From the NCBI GenBank assembly GCA_965208675.1, contig OZ242351.1, positions 3,232,001 to 3,296,000 on the forward strand: a stretch of DNA of 64,000 nucleotides. The letters are read 5' to 3'. The notes under the pieces are model-generated. The model did no database searches. It was not told the DNA's origin and was given only the letters and a program-made list of their open reading frames with translations. The position numbers were made by a program, and so were the translations under genes. Positions 9,901 through 23,178 of the stretch are shown here, piece after piece. Position 1 is the stretch's first letter. Every line of letters starts with the position of its first letter. This DNA is from Candidatus Poribacteria bacterium (GTDB taxonomy: Bacteria; Poribacteria; WGA-4E; PCPOR2b).

Positions 9901-12351
9901 CTATTCCTGCGCATCGCTGCCATTTCCAGAAATTTTTCCAACATCAACGACAATTTCATCTGGACGCAAAGCCATCAGACGAACCCCTTGCGTATTTCTG
10001 CCAATTGCTCGTATGTCGCTTACCGGGATTCGAGTCACCATACCGTTCGAACTGATGAAAATTAGTTCATCATCATTCGATACCATTTTCACGGCGACGA
10101 CGGTACCGTTTCGCTCGCTTGTTTTAATAGCGATTACTCCCTTTCCGCCACGCGCTTGCAATCGATATGCCTTCAAGGAAGTTCGTTTCCCATAGCCGTT
10201 TTTCGTAACAACTAGCAGCATTAGCCTCTCATCCGCGGCAGACACCATTCCAACAACAAAATCATCATCCGCTAAACGAATCCCCCGCACCCCTGCCGCT
10301 GTTCGCCCCATACTACGGACCTCATGCTCATTAAAGCGAATCGACAGTCCGGATTTCGTCACAAGGACGACCTGGTGGTCTCCTTCGGTTAACTGTACTT
10401 CAATCAACTTATCCCCTACATCAAGATTAATGGCGATAATGCCAGCGGAGTACGGCCTACTGAAAACGTCGAGGCTGCATTTTTTTACAATCCCATTTTG
10501 AGTTGCCATGAAAACAAACCGATTTTCGTCAAACTCCCGTACTGAAACAAACGCTGTAATTTTTTCGTCATTCTCGACCCGTAAAAGGTTGACTATTGCT
10601 CGACCAATTGATGTCCGGCTGCCCTCGGGAATCTGAAAGACCTTAAGCCAATAACATTTTCCGCTATCCGTAAAGAATAGGATATACTGGTGCGCGGAAG
10701 CAACAAATATGTGTTCGACGAAATCCCCTTCCTTTGTCCCCATCCCCATAACTCCGACGCCGCCTCGATGCTGGCGACGGTAGACCGAGATTGGCATCCG
10801 CTTGATGTAACCAGTGTGTGAGATAACCACAACCATCTCTTCATCGGCAATCAAATCTTCAATATTAAACTCTTTGACGGCATCAATGATTTCAGTTCGA
10901 CGTTCATCCCCGTATTTGGATTTTAATTCTAATAGCTCCGTCTTGATTATGTCGGTAATTAACATCTCACTTTCAAGAATGGCTTTCAGTTCTTCAATCT
11001 TTTCCAGAAGATCGGCGTATTCGTTATTGATTTTCTGTCGTTCCAAGCCGGTCAACTGGCGTAATGTCATTCCCAATATCTCATTGGCTTGTATTTCCGA
11101 CAAGGAAAAACTTCTGATTAATTCATCCCTCGCATCTTGCGGATTGTCCGCTGTCTGAACAATCTCGATTACCTCCTCGATTTGATTCAATGCTATACGA
11201 TACCCTTCCAGAATGTGCGCTCGTCTCTCGCATTGATCCAAATCAAACTGAGTTCGACGACGAAGAACTTCTCGCCGGTGATCAAGATATGCTTGGAGTA
11301 TCTCTTTCAGAGGCAATACTTTCGGAATTCCGTCGACCAAGCACAACATAATCGAGTTGAAGTTGCTCTGCATCTGGGTGTGCTTGTACAATTGATTCAA
11401 GATGACTTGTGCAATCTCGCCCCGCTTCAGTTCAACAATAACACGTATTTCCCGATCCGATTCGTCACGTATGTCGCTAATGCCAGTGATTGTTTTACTT
11501 ACGACCAGTTCATACATCTTCTCAAGCAACTGGTTTTTCTTGATTTGGTACGGTATTTCTGTAATGACAATCTGTTCCTTTCCCCCTGCCAACCGCTCAA
11601 TCACAACTCTTGCCCGAACCGTGATACTCCCCTTGCCAACTGCGTACGTTTCGCGTATGCCTTCTTTACCGACTATTAAACCTGCTGTCGGAAAATCGGG
11701 ACCGGGTATGCATTTCATCAAATCTTCAACTGTCGCACCCGAATTCTCAAGAATCAAAATTAAGCCATCGATAATCTCGTTTAAATTATGGGGTGGGATG
11801 CGCGTAAGATATCCGACGCCGATTCCAGTAGTGCCGTTGACAATCAAATTAGGTAAACATGCCGGAAGTACCGTTGGCTCGGTCGCCGATTCCTTGTAGT
11901 TCGGCTGAAAATCTACAGTATTCTTATGAATGTCCGCCAGCATCTCATCAGCAACTGGCATTAACCGGCATTCTGTGTAACGCATGGCTCCAGGGGGATC
12001 ATCATCAATCGAGCCAAAGTTCCCCTGTCCATCAATTAACGGGTAGCGCATCGTAAATTCTTGCGCTAACCCGACCAATGTGTCGTAAATCGGACCATCT
12101 CCGTGCGGATGAAAATTTTTCATCACCTCGCCAACAACTGCCGCACACTTATCGTAAGGGCGATTAGCCGTCAGGTTAATCTCGCCCATAGCATAGATGA
12201 TGCGCCGCGTGCTCGGTTTCATCCCATCTCTTACATCAGGAATCGCCCGGTTCGTATTGACACTCATCGCATAGGTCAGGTAGGATTCCTTTAATTCTTC
12301 TTCGATGTATCTCGTAACAATATTTTGGTTTTCTCTATCTGATGTGAGCAC
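9901..12351 (-). CDS. gyrA: DNA gyrase subunit A
   Basis: RDGMKP, HPHGD, AMRYTE catalytic Tyr, GyrA-box QHRGGVG, C-terminal beta-pinwheel repeats. Confidence 0.97.
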   Translation of the reverse strand: MLTSDRENQNIVTRYIEEELKESYLTYAMSVNTNRAIPDVRDGMKPSTRRIIYAMGEINLTANRPYDKCAAVVGEVMKNFHPHGDGPIYDTLVGLAQEFTMRYPLIDGQGNFGSIDDDPPGAMRYTECRLMPVADEMLADIHKNTVDFQPNYKESATEPTVLPACLPNLIVNGTTGIGVGYLTRIPPHNLNEIIDGLILILENSGATVEDLMKCIPGPDFPTAGLIVGKEGIRETYAVGKGSITVRARVVIERLAGGKEQIVITEIPYQIKKNQLLEKMYELVVSKTITGISDIRDESDREIRVIVELKRGEIAQVILNQLYKHTQMQSNFNSIMLCLVDGIPKVLPLKEILQAYLDHRREVLRRRTQFDLDQCERRAHILEGYRIALNQIEEVIEIVQTADNPQDARDELIRSFSLSEIQANEILGMTLRQLTGLERQKINNEYADLLEKIEELKAILESEMLITDIIKTELLELKSKYGDERRTEIIDAVKEFNIEDLIADEEMVVVISHTGYIKRMPISVYRRQHRGGVGVMGMGTKEGDFVEHIFVASAHQYILFFTDSGKCYWLKVFQIPEGSRTSIGRAIVNLLRVENDEKITAFVSVREFDENRFVFMATQNGIVKKCSLDVFSRPYSAGIIAINLDVGDKLIEVQLTEGDHQVVLVTKSGLSIRFNEHEVRSMGRTAAGVRGIRLADDDFVVGMVSAADERLMLLVVTKNGYGKRTSLKAYRLQARGGKGVIAIKTSERNGTVVAVKMVSNDDELIFISSNGMVTRIPVSDIRAIGRNTQGVRLMALRPDEIVVDVGKISGNGSDAQE

Positions 12352-12415
12352 GTTCTACCCTACTTCTGTTACAGTTGGTGAGTACAAATCCTTTTCTAAT
12401 ATCAGGCGCCAAGCC

Positions 12416-14884
<2,469 letters not shown>

Positions 14885-14977
14885 TTATTTGATATCCATT
14901 GATGAGCCGGGTAGGAGATTAATATTTCGCGAAGATTGTTACTTCTTTTTCGGACTCCAAGTTGGTAATGTCTGTCC

Positions 14978-15559
14978 CTATGAGGCACCGCGGCCGCGTT
15001 CAGGAGAATCAGTATCGTGATTAGGTTGATTCTGGGAGGAAATGTAACCGGATTTCGACTGGGCATCATCAATTAAAGCGCGTTGGCTCTGTTTGATAAA
15101 AACACGTTTCAAGCTCGCTTTCAATTCTGTATCCTCTACTTCGGCTATCTTCCGATCAATGCGTTCTATAATATAAGGGGTAAGTACAACTTTCTCTAAA
15201 CTATTTAGACGCTTGGAACGCTGACGAGGTTGCATTTTTCGGGTACACGGCTTGATTGCCTTCACAGAAAACTGCAAATCTCTCACCGCGGTTTTACCAA
15301 CGGTATGGTTAATTTTTTCAGTGACATGCTGCTTGAGTAACGATAGCTCAGTTATCAAAACGGTATTCACCGCATAAACCGTTAACTTACCGTTAATCAG
15401 CGATATGGGTCGAGTATTGCGCGCCACAGGTTCGCCCACGGCACTAGCCCAGGCCGCAAGCACTTTCGCCTCAAGTATTTTCCGATCGTAACCATACTCG
15501 CGCAATAAGTATGAAAGGATATTTTCAATTTTGTGCGTGTTGTCTGATAACTTGTCCAT
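14978..15559 (-). CDS. DUF721 / DciA-family replication helicase loader
   Basis: W..VGE.VA..TRP..L..G.L.V pattern and the conserved position between recF and gyrB. Confidence 0.75.
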   Translation of the reverse strand: MDKLSDNTHKIENILSYLLREYGYDRKILEAKVLAAWASAVGEPVARNTRPISLINGKLTVYAVNTVLITELSLLKQHVTEKINHTVGKTAVRDLQFSVKAIKPCTRKMQPRQRSKRLNSLEKVVLTPYIIERIDRKIAEVEDTELKASLKRVFIKQSQRALIDDAQSKSGYISSQNQPNHDTDSPERGRGAS

Positions 15560-16853
15560 TTTTTATCGTTAAAATGCAACTGTCTTCCAGATATTCGGTC
15601 CAAACCTCTCGCCGCGTCGAAGTGATAAAAGTCTGTGAATTTAATCTTTGCAGCAAATCAAACAAATATTTTGAACGCATCTCATCAAGTTCTGAAATTA
15701 CATCATCCAACAACACAATTGGCGCCTTATTTGATAACGTATGTATTAACTCTAACTCCCCCAATTTTAGAGCTAACGCAATCGTACGTTGTTGTCCCTG
15801 TGAACAGAAGGCTTTGGCATCCTGACGTTGGAAATTTTCGTCTCGCCCTGTTTCTAACATGAGTTTCAAATCGTCTCGATGGGGACCTACAGACGTCGTC
15901 CCACGCAGTATGTCGTGCGATCGAGAATAAGTTAAGGCTTTTAGATATATATCCTCGGCTTCGGATTGGCTAATGGAGGAGATACCTTCCAAAGCCTGAG
16001 GAGGCATGTACTCCAAGTCGAGTGTCTCACTCCCGCCGGTCAGTTCGATATGTTTCATTTGCGCATATGTTCTCATCTGACTTAGCATGTCATTACGAGA
16101 TTGAATAATAGCAATACCATCTTCAATGAGTAACATATCCCAAGGCTCCAAATCGTCGCTTCCGGCTTGTTTCGCCCGAATTTGCTTCAGGAGCTCATTA
16201 CGTTGCTTGAGCGCAAACTGGTAATTTTGCAGATGGTTTAAGTAAGCCGGACTGAGTTGGGATATTAGAATATCAATAAAACGCCGGCGTTCGGAGGGCG
16301 CCCCCTTTACTAAAGTAAGCGATTCAGGTGAAAAGAAAACGACGTTGAACTGTCCAATCCACTCGGAAAGTTTCCGTTGAAGATCTCCATTCAGCTTAAA
16401 CCGCTTTTTGCCATTCGATTCGTTCGAGACTTCCAGAGTCATATTAGGCGAGTCTAGATCCTGCCTACCGGGCTTAGACGAAGTAGAATAGCAATTGCTA
16501 ATATCGGCAGATGGCTGGAATCCTTCAATATAACTGGATTTAACCGCCGAGTTAGCGAGCGGGAATTCGTGAATTAGATTAGAGTGAGTACCGGTGGGTT
16601 GAGTTGCTGTAGTCGAATCGCTTTCACCCGCAATCATACCCTTTAGATAAAACCAGTCTTCGTTATGCCGTATAAGTTCATCATCTGGGTAGGTGCGGTG
16701 GGATTTAGCCGTGCTAAGAAAGTAAATTGCCTCTAACAGGCTAGTTTTACCCTGTGCATTTCCGCCGATAATCAGGTTACCTTTATTTGGAAATTCAATC
16801 TCGCAATCTACATAATTCCGAAAGTTGCGTAACAGAAGGTAGTTTAATCGCAT
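15525..16853 (-). CDS. recF: DNA replication/repair protein RecF
   Basis: NFRNY, GGNAQGKT, GPHRDD, SQGQQR, LLDDVISELD. Confidence 0.95.
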   Translation of the reverse strand: MRLNYLLLRNFRNYVDCEIEFPNKGNLIIGGNAQGKTSLLEAIYFLSTAKSHRTYPDDELIRHNEDWFYLKGMIAGESDSTTATQPTGTHSNLIHEFPLANSAVKSSYIEGFQPSADISNCYSTSSKPGRQDLDSPNMTLEVSNESNGKKRFKLNGDLQRKLSEWIGQFNVVFFSPESLTLVKGAPSERRRFIDILISQLSPAYLNHLQNYQFALKQRNELLKQIRAKQAGSDDLEPWDMLLIEDGIAIIQSRNDMLSQMRTYAQMKHIELTGGSETLDLEYMPPQALEGISSISQSEAEDIYLKALTYSRSHDILRGTTSVGPHRDDLKLMLETGRDENFQRQDAKAFCSQGQQRTIALALKLGELELIHTLSNKAPIVLLDDVISELDEMRSKYLFDLLQRLNSQTFITSTRREVWTEYLEDSCILTIKNGQVIRQHAQN

Positions 16854-16885
16854 CGTTTTAACGAGTAATGTCGGAGACCTTGGGC

Positions 16886-17989
16886 CTAGCTTTCAAGCCT
16901 CATAGGCATAATCAATCCGAGATGATTATCTTCGCCAACAGGTTTTAAAACCACGGCACTTAACGCATCTTTGAATTCCATCACCACCTCTTCAGTTTGA
17001 ATATGCCTCAACACATCTATCAGAAAACGCGCATCAAATGCGATTTCGATTTCGCCATTGCTGCTTTTGAAATCTATAGTTTCCTCAGCTTCTCCTAATT
17101 CCGGCGTTTTTGCAGAGATATTAACCGCGTTTTCATGTACATCCAGTCGGATGGAGAAATTTTTTGGGTTTGAGAACAAAGCAACACGCCTCAATGCACT
17201 GAAAAACAACTCCACATCAAGCACAACTCTTCCCTCATTGTCTTTCGGGATAATCTGCTCGTATTTAGGATATTCCCCTTCCACCAATCGAGAAGTAAGG
17301 GTTGCAACATCATCTGCGAAAATGATTTGATTTTCCCGCAAACAGACGCGTATCTCCTCCGATTCAGCAAATGTCTTTACAATTTCACGGACTGCTTTGA
17401 GGGGTACAATTATACCCATCGGTTCCGTTGGCGCTGGTGTCAATGGGCCATCAGAAGCGATAGCCAAACGCCGCCCGTCTGTCGCAACCATCTGAGTGAT
17501 TTCGGGTGTCAAATAAAAGTAAAGCCCGTTAAGAAAATACCGCGTTTCCTCAGTCGAAGCTGCAAACTCAGTCTTGTAAATCATTGATCGTAGAATTTCC
17601 CCGTTAATTGTAAAAAAATCGTCCTTAATTGTAGGAAGATTCGGAAATTCGTCATCGGGCAAACCAATCATTTTGTAAGTACCTTGTGCGCATACAATTT
17701 CAACGCGATCGTTCGCGGTGGTAGTAAACCTAATTTCTGCCGGCGGAAGTTCACGTGCAATTTCAGCAAGTTTTCTTGCGGAGAGAGTAATAGCACCTTC
17801 GTCGGATATTGTTCCCGGAACAATCATTCGAATACCGACCTCCAAATCTGTTGATGCTATTACAATTTGGTCGCCGGTCGCATCAATTAAAACGTTCGAT
17901 AATATCGGCAGCGTGTTTCTTCCAGCAGCTACACTCTGTACTACTTGTATTGCTTTTAGTAAATTGTCCTTTTCAAATGTTAATTCCAT
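16886..17989 (-). CDS. dnaN: DNA polymerase III beta clamp
   Basis: TLPILSNVL, STDLE, ATDGRRL, LIMPMR. Confidence 0.97.
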   Translation of the reverse strand: MELTFEKDNLLKAIQVVQSVAAGRNTLPILSNVLIDATGDQIVIASTDLEVGIRMIVPGTISDEGAITLSARKLAEIARELPPAEIRFTTTANDRVEIVCAQGTYKMIGLPDDEFPNLPTIKDDFFTINGEILRSMIYKTEFAASTEETRYFLNGLYFYLTPEITQMVATDGRRLAIASDGPLTPAPTEPMGIIVPLKAVREIVKTFAESEEIRVCLRENQIIFADDVATLTSRLVEGEYPKYEQIIPKDNEGRVVLDVELFFSALRRVALFSNPKNFSIRLDVHENAVNISAKTPELGEAEETIDFKSSNGEIEIAFDARFLIDVLRHIQTEEVVMEFKDALSAVVLKPVGEDNHLGLIMPMRLES

Positions 17990-18084
17990 TTTTTTCCTCC
18001 TTAAAGCACGTAATTAAAATTTTAAGTTCTTTTTTCATTACTTGGGTTCCAAGCAAGCATTTCCGCCTACATATCCGGTGTACT

Positions 18085-18310
18085 ATTCTCTATATATTAT
18101 AAATATAAAAATAAATTAAAGTATTAGTAGTAGCTGTGGACATGTGGACAACTGCTGTAAACCCAAATGATTATTGAGTTGCAATACTGGGTAAAAGTTG
18201 TGGATAAATAATCAGATATCCACAATTTCTGTACATCAACTTATTTATCCACATTTATCCACGGACTATACACAGAGTTATCCACATACTTATCCACAAG
18301 TTATACACAT
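18085..18310. other. oriC: Replication origin oriC (unwinding region plus DnaA-box cluster)
   Basis: Perfect or near-perfect DnaA boxes at 18143, 18199, 18245, 18255, 18266, 18278, 18290 and 18301; TAGTAGTAG trios at 18125-18133; AT-rich tract at 18085-18124; lies between dnaA and dnaN. Confidence 0.92.
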
Positions 18311-18665
18311 TATTATTTGTACGATGTTTTTCTAAAATTTAAACCCAATTGCTAAATTTTGTGGTGCAGTGCGCGCTTGAGACTGATGGCGCAGTCATTT
18401 TTGTTTCTATCGTCACACCGCTGCCTGTCGATCGAAATTCTAATTAGCGGGTATATGTAGATAAGTATTACACTTACAATGCAATCGTAATGGAATTTTT
18501 TGGGTAACGCAGTGCGTGTTCAGCGCGGGAACATCCGACATGAGAGACTTCACGAGGCAAATGCCATTGATAGTTTTTCAACGCGATGGCGCAATGGTAT
18601 GGAAAAATTTCGTCTCAACCAACAACAATGGGACTCAAATATTTGATGTATCGGCATTAATCAAG

Positions 18666-20009
18666 TTATTGTATATCAGCAATCAATAATTTGATATCCT
18701 GCTCGAGTTTTGTATCGTCTGGTATCCTTTCTTGGATTTTGTCGTACGCATGGATAACGGTGGTATGATCCTGCTTATTGAAAGCAGCCGCAATTTCCTG
18801 TAATGACATACTTGTCAATTCTCTACAGAGATACATCGAAATTTGCCGTGGGTAAACGTAAGCCCGGTTTCGCTTGGAAGATTTCAGGTCCGATATCTTT
18901 AATTCAAAATAGTTGGCGACAGCTTCTTGTATATCATCGACGGTGATAGCTCTATGGTGACCAACAGGCGACTGTGTGGAAAGAGGGCCTAACACTTGCG
19001 CCGCAAACTCGACAGTTAATTCTTCCTCACAGACACTACTCTCCATAACAAGGCGATTGAGTTTGCCTTCAAGATCGCGGATGTTAGTTTGAACCACTTC
19101 AGCAATGAAACTTAAAACACTATCAGTAATATTTTCATATCCATAGTCTTCGCACTTCTGGCGCAGGATAGCCAGTCGTGTTTCAAATTGCGGCGGATCG
19201 ATATCTGCTACCATGCCGCACCCAAAGCGAGACGTAAGTCTTTCCTCAACAGTTTCAAGGTTTCTGGGTGGGCGGTCACTTGTCATCACGATCTGATTCG
19301 AGTTCAAATGTAACTCGTTGAAGGTGTGGAAGAATTCCTCCTGTGTGCCCTCTTTGCCTCGTAGAAACTGGATGTCATCAATCAAAAGCACGTTTGCTGT
19401 TCGGTATTTGTTACGAAAATCCTGCGCAGTTGTCCGGGCGGAAATAGAATCAATGTATTCGTTCATGAAGATTTCAGAAGTCACGTAAAGCACTTTGAGG
19501 TGTGAATGATGTGCCTGGATATAATTGCCGACTGCATGTAGCAGGTGCGTTTTCCCCAACCCAACTCCGCCATGGATGAATAGCGGGTTGTGTTTATCTC
19601 CGGGCTCTTTAGCGCAGCCAAGTGCAGCAGCATGGCTCAAACGGTTACTGGCTCCAACAACAAATCGGTCGAACGTGCACTTGGGGTCTAGGCGAGTTTC
19701 TTTAGCGGGAAGTACGGAGGTTGCGGCAGCGGCGGACGAAAAACCAGGAGTCGAATTATTATCAGGCTGAACCACGGTGATGTTAAGCCTACATCCCGTC
19801 CCCACGAACTCTTCTAAGTATTCGTTTATCGATGTTAGAAATCGATCGTGTATTTGCTCTTGTGTGAAGAGAGCTGGCACTGAAACTGTGAACTGACTCT
19901 CGGTCAGGGTAATAGGTTTGGTCTGTTTTAGAAAAATATCGTCGCGCGCAATGTCACCAAGTTCAGATAGTATTTGCATCCAGATGTCATTGGGGCTTTG
20001 CTGCATCAT
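18666..20009 (-). CDS. dnaA: Chromosomal replication initiator DnaA
   Basis: NPLFIHGGVGLGKTHL, IDDIQF, QEEFFHTFN, DHTTVIHA. Confidence 0.98.
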   Translation of the reverse strand: MMQQSPNDIWMQILSELGDIARDDIFLKQTKPITLTESQFTVSVPALFTQEQIHDRFLTSINEYLEEFVGTGCRLNITVVQPDNNSTPGFSSAAAATSVLPAKETRLDPKCTFDRFVVGASNRLSHAAALGCAKEPGDKHNPLFIHGGVGLGKTHLLHAVGNYIQAHHSHLKVLYVTSEIFMNEYIDSISARTTAQDFRNKYRTANVLLIDDIQFLRGKEGTQEEFFHTFNELHLNSNQIVMTSDRPPRNLETVEERLTSRFGCGMVADIDPPQFETRLAILRQKCEDYGYENITDSVLSFIAEVVQTNIRDLEGKLNRLVMESSVCEEELTVEFAAQVLGPLSTQSPVGHHRAITVDDIQEAVANYFELKISDLKSSKRNRAYVYPRQISMYLCRELTSMSLQEIAAAFNKQDHTTVIHAYDKIQERIPDDTKLEQDIKLLIADIQ

Positions 20010-20180
20010 AGTATTCCTAGATTCATTTGTGCGGGGAGATTACTGCACCATACGAGAGTTTCATTAAAGCTGTTTTAAGCAAAGTAAAACACATCAAGCC
20101 CCTAATACAGGTGGCAATGCAAACAATTTGAAATAACTATGCTTTGGTGTATGGGCGGGTAAATGATGAGAGAGGAATTT

Positions 20181-20211
20181 ATATCCACAAGTTATTCACA
20201 AATTATCCACA
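20181..20211. promoter_or_regulatory. Three DnaA boxes upstream of dnaA (second oriC part / autoregulation)
   Basis: ATATCCACA, TTATTCACA and TTATCCACA at 11-bp period. Confidence 0.85.
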
Positions 20212-20492
20212 AAATTTATACGACCTAGAAACTTGGTGGTGGTAGTACTTTGTATAGCAAAAGAAGAGTATAAATGTCGGAAAAGATGATTGTCAAAAAT
20301 CCCGCTAAATTTTAATTTCGGTACGATTACCGTCATTCAATACACCTTGTGCAAAGTAACGTCTCAAGAATATATGACCTATATACATTGTTGCCGCGCT
20401 GCCCACGAAATAGGATGCAACTAGAATCCTAGTATATCATGATTTGGAACTTTACGCAAGATGTAAATCAGACTTGTTGAAGGGGATTATAC

Positions 20493-20522
20493 TTGACAAA
20501 TTCTAATCGAATAGACTATTAT
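20493..20522 (+). promoter_or_regulatory. Putative sigma70 promoter of rpmH
   Basis: TTGACA-N18-TATTAT about 40 bp upstream of rpmH. Confidence 0.55.
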
Positions 20523-20563
20523 TCCTCTGCTTTTCGCAGATTAATCTAGGAAGGAGCGAGCTA

Positions 20564-20698
20564 TTGAAACGTACATATCAACCTCACCGCCGCAAACGAA
20601 AAAACAAATTTGGCTTCCGTAAACGTATGTCCTATCGGGACGGGAGAAAAATCCTGTCACGAAGACGCGCGAAGGGGCGAAAAGTGCTCAGTGCCTAA
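20564..20698 (+). CDS. rpmH: 50S ribosomal protein L34
   Basis: TTG start after AAGGAG; [44 protein letters not shown]; divergent from dnaA; below the ORF-track cutoff. Confidence 0.97.
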   Translation: MKRTYQPHRRKRKNKFGFRKRMSYRDGRKILSRRRAKGRKVLSA

Positions 20699-20718
20699 AT
20701 TACATATCTAAAGCATGC

Positions 20719-21726
20719 TTGACGATGATACTGCCGCCCGGTAAGCTAAGTATAGATTTCTTGCAGGAAATTCTACCCAAATTCCAGAACGTAAGCCGCC
20801 TTATCGCGGGACCAACCATCGGCGAAGATGCTGCAGTTATTGACTTTGGGGAAACTTGTCTTGTTGCAACGACAGATCCAATTACGTTTGCAACTGAAGA
20901 GATTGGTTGGTACCTTGTCTGCGTGAATAGCAACGACATTGCAACGATGGGTGCAGTTCCAAAATGGTTGTTAGTGTCCATTCTCTTGCCCGAAAATCAA
21001 ACAACCGAGGATTTGGTTCGTAAGATTATGCTGCAAATAACCTCGGCATGCAGGCAATTTGACATTACGCTATGCGGCGGGCATACTGAAGTCACTTGCG
21101 GCTTGAATCGGCCGATCGTCATCGGACAAATGCTCGGCGAGGTCAAAAAGGAGAACTTGATTACTGCAGCAGGAGCTCGCGCGGGGGACGATTTAATACT
21201 AACCAAAGGGATTGGCATCGAAGCCACAGCAATAATCGCGCGTGAGCAAGAGGGATATTTGTCTAACCGATTTTCGCCCGCATTCTTGAAACGGGCGAGA
21301 GGCTATTTGACAAATCCCGGCATTTCAGTCTTGAAAGAAGCTGCAATTGCTGCCGGCATCAAGGGCGTTCATGCGATGCACGATCCAACTGAAGGCGGTG
21401 TGGCGACGGCAATTCACGAGTTAGCGTATGCAACGAAGCTTGGTGCAATACTATGGGAGAAAAGACTGATTATCTCGGAAGAGACCGAACAACTGTGTGC
21501 AGAATTTCACCTCAATCCTTTGGGCGTTATCTCTTCGGGGGCATTACTCATTGCCGCGGCGCCAGCGTACACCAAAGAAATTTTGTTTGCTCTATCTAAC
21601 GAAAATATCTCTTGTGAGGTAGTTGGTCAATTATTAGCTCCGGATAGCGGACTCTGGCTTGAGACCGACGACCAACGCAGTCCGCTGCCTATTTTTGAAA
21701 CCGACGAGATTACTAAGATATTATAA
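20719..21726 (+). CDS. AIR synthase (PurM/HypE-like) family protein
   Basis: GEDAAV, TTDPIT, NDIATMG, GGHTE, MHDPTEGG. Confidence 0.85.
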   Translation: MTMILPPGKLSIDFLQEILPKFQNVSRLIAGPTIGEDAAVIDFGETCLVATTDPITFATEEIGWYLVCVNSNDIATMGAVPKWLLVSILLPENQTTEDLVRKIMLQITSACRQFDITLCGGHTEVTCGLNRPIVIGQMLGEVKKENLITAAGARAGDDLILTKGIGIEATAIIAREQEGYLSNRFSPAFLKRARGYLTNPGISVLKEAAIAAGIKGVHAMHDPTEGGVATAIHELAYATKLGAILWEKRLIISEETEQLCAEFHLNPLGVISSGALLIAAAPAYTKEILFALSNENISCEVVGQLLAPDSGLWLETDDQRSPLPIFETDEITKIL

Positions 21727-21829
21727 ATTTTCCAAGTTTAATTACCGGATTTTCTGTCCAAAGGACTAGATGTTGGTTAATGAACAACAGCGCATGGAGG
21801 CGTGGATTGGACTGTCCGGAGTAATGTAA

Positions 21830-23080
21830 ATGCCCAGAGAGTTTGATGTTCCCCACTTCTACCGAAGTTCCATCATTTCCTTGGTCAAAAAGTCGCGCCG
21901 CATTACCGATCCGCGAAAGCGCGATCTCGCCCCTTCAGTGCTGGAATTTGGTCCGGTTCGTTTCAAAATTGCGAGACATTTCGGATTCTGTTACGGGGTT
22001 GAAAACGCTATTGAGATTGCCTATCGTGCGCTTGAAGAAAATCCGGATAAACGGGTGTTTCTACTGTCGGAAATGATCCACAATCCGCGTGTAAACGCAA
22101 ATTTGCGACAGCGCGGCGTGCAATTCCTCTGCGACACCGCAGGCAACCAACTCATTCCATTCGATACATTGACGCCGTATGATATTGTCATTGTGCCCGC
22201 GTTTGGTACCACGCTGGAAATACAAGCTGAACTAGATCGGCGCGGCATCAATCCCTATGCGTACAATACTACCTGTCCTTTTGTCGAGAAGGTGTGGAAA
22301 AAAAGCCGAGAGATAGGTCTGCAAAATTACACCGTTGTTGTCCACGGTAAGCGGTACCACGAGGAAACGCGTGCAACGTTTTCTCATGCTATAGCGGAAG
22401 CGCCTGTAGTCGTGGTGCGCGATTTGGAAGAAACGAAAAACCTCGCAAAGGTTATACGCGGGGAAGCATCCGCTGCATTTTTCTTTGCGTGTTTCGAGGA
22501 CCGATTCTCTGAGGGTTTCGACCCGAATCTCCATCTCCAGCGTATCGGCGTGGTTAATCAAACAACGATGCTCGCTACTGAGACACAGGCAATTGCCAAT
22601 CTGCTACGAGGAGCGATGACTGATCGGTATGGCGAGGAAAATATTGACGAACACTTTGCCGACGCGAAGGACACGCTTTGCTACGCCACGAAAGAAAACC
22701 AGGATGCAACTATTGCCCTTATCGAAGACGGCGGCGACTTGGCAGTAATTGTAGGGGGATACAATTCCTCCAATACTAGCCACCTGGTCGAACTGTGTGA
22801 ACAAAAAATGCCGACCTATTTCATCTGCGACGCCGACGAAATGATCTCGCCAACACGCATTCGACACTTAGGAATCGACACAAAAACCGTGCGTGAAACA
22901 GACAATTGGCTTCCGATGAATCCTCCCGGTTGCGCCCCAATCGACATCGTCCTCACAGCAGGTGCTTCTTGTCCCGATGCGCTACTCGACGACGTGTTGC
23001 GCAAAATTATTTCTTGGTTCCCCGAAACCTCTTCAATCGATACTGTGCTCGGTCCATACAACGATCAAATGTTAGATTAA
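21830..23080 (+). CDS. ispH: 4-hydroxy-3-methylbut-2-enyl diphosphate reductase
   Basis: FGFCYGV, IHNP, TTCPFV, TLCYAT, SSNT, TAGAS. Confidence 0.95.
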   Translation: MPREFDVPHFYRSSIISLVKKSRRITDPRKRDLAPSVLEFGPVRFKIARHFGFCYGVENAIEIAYRALEENPDKRVFLLSEMIHNPRVNANLRQRGVQFLCDTAGNQLIPFDTLTPYDIVIVPAFGTTLEIQAELDRRGINPYAYNTTCPFVEKVWKKSREIGLQNYTVVVHGKRYHEETRATFSHAIAEAPVVVVRDLEETKNLAKVIRGEASAAFFFACFEDRFSEGFDPNLHLQRIGVVNQTTMLATETQAIANLLRGAMTDRYGEENIDEHFADAKDTLCYATKENQDATIALIEDGGDLAVIVGGYNSSNTSHLVELCEQKMPTYFICDADEMISPTRIRHLGIDTKTVRETDNWLPMNPPGCAPIDIVLTAGASCPDALLDDVLRKIISWFPETSSIDTVLGPYNDQMLD

Positions 23081-23178
23081 ATCATAATTCTGTCTGCCTC
23101 GAATGATACAGTCGAACATCAGGACAAGCATATCCCCACCGTCTAACGAAAGCAACTTCAGCAACACTTCATTCAACC

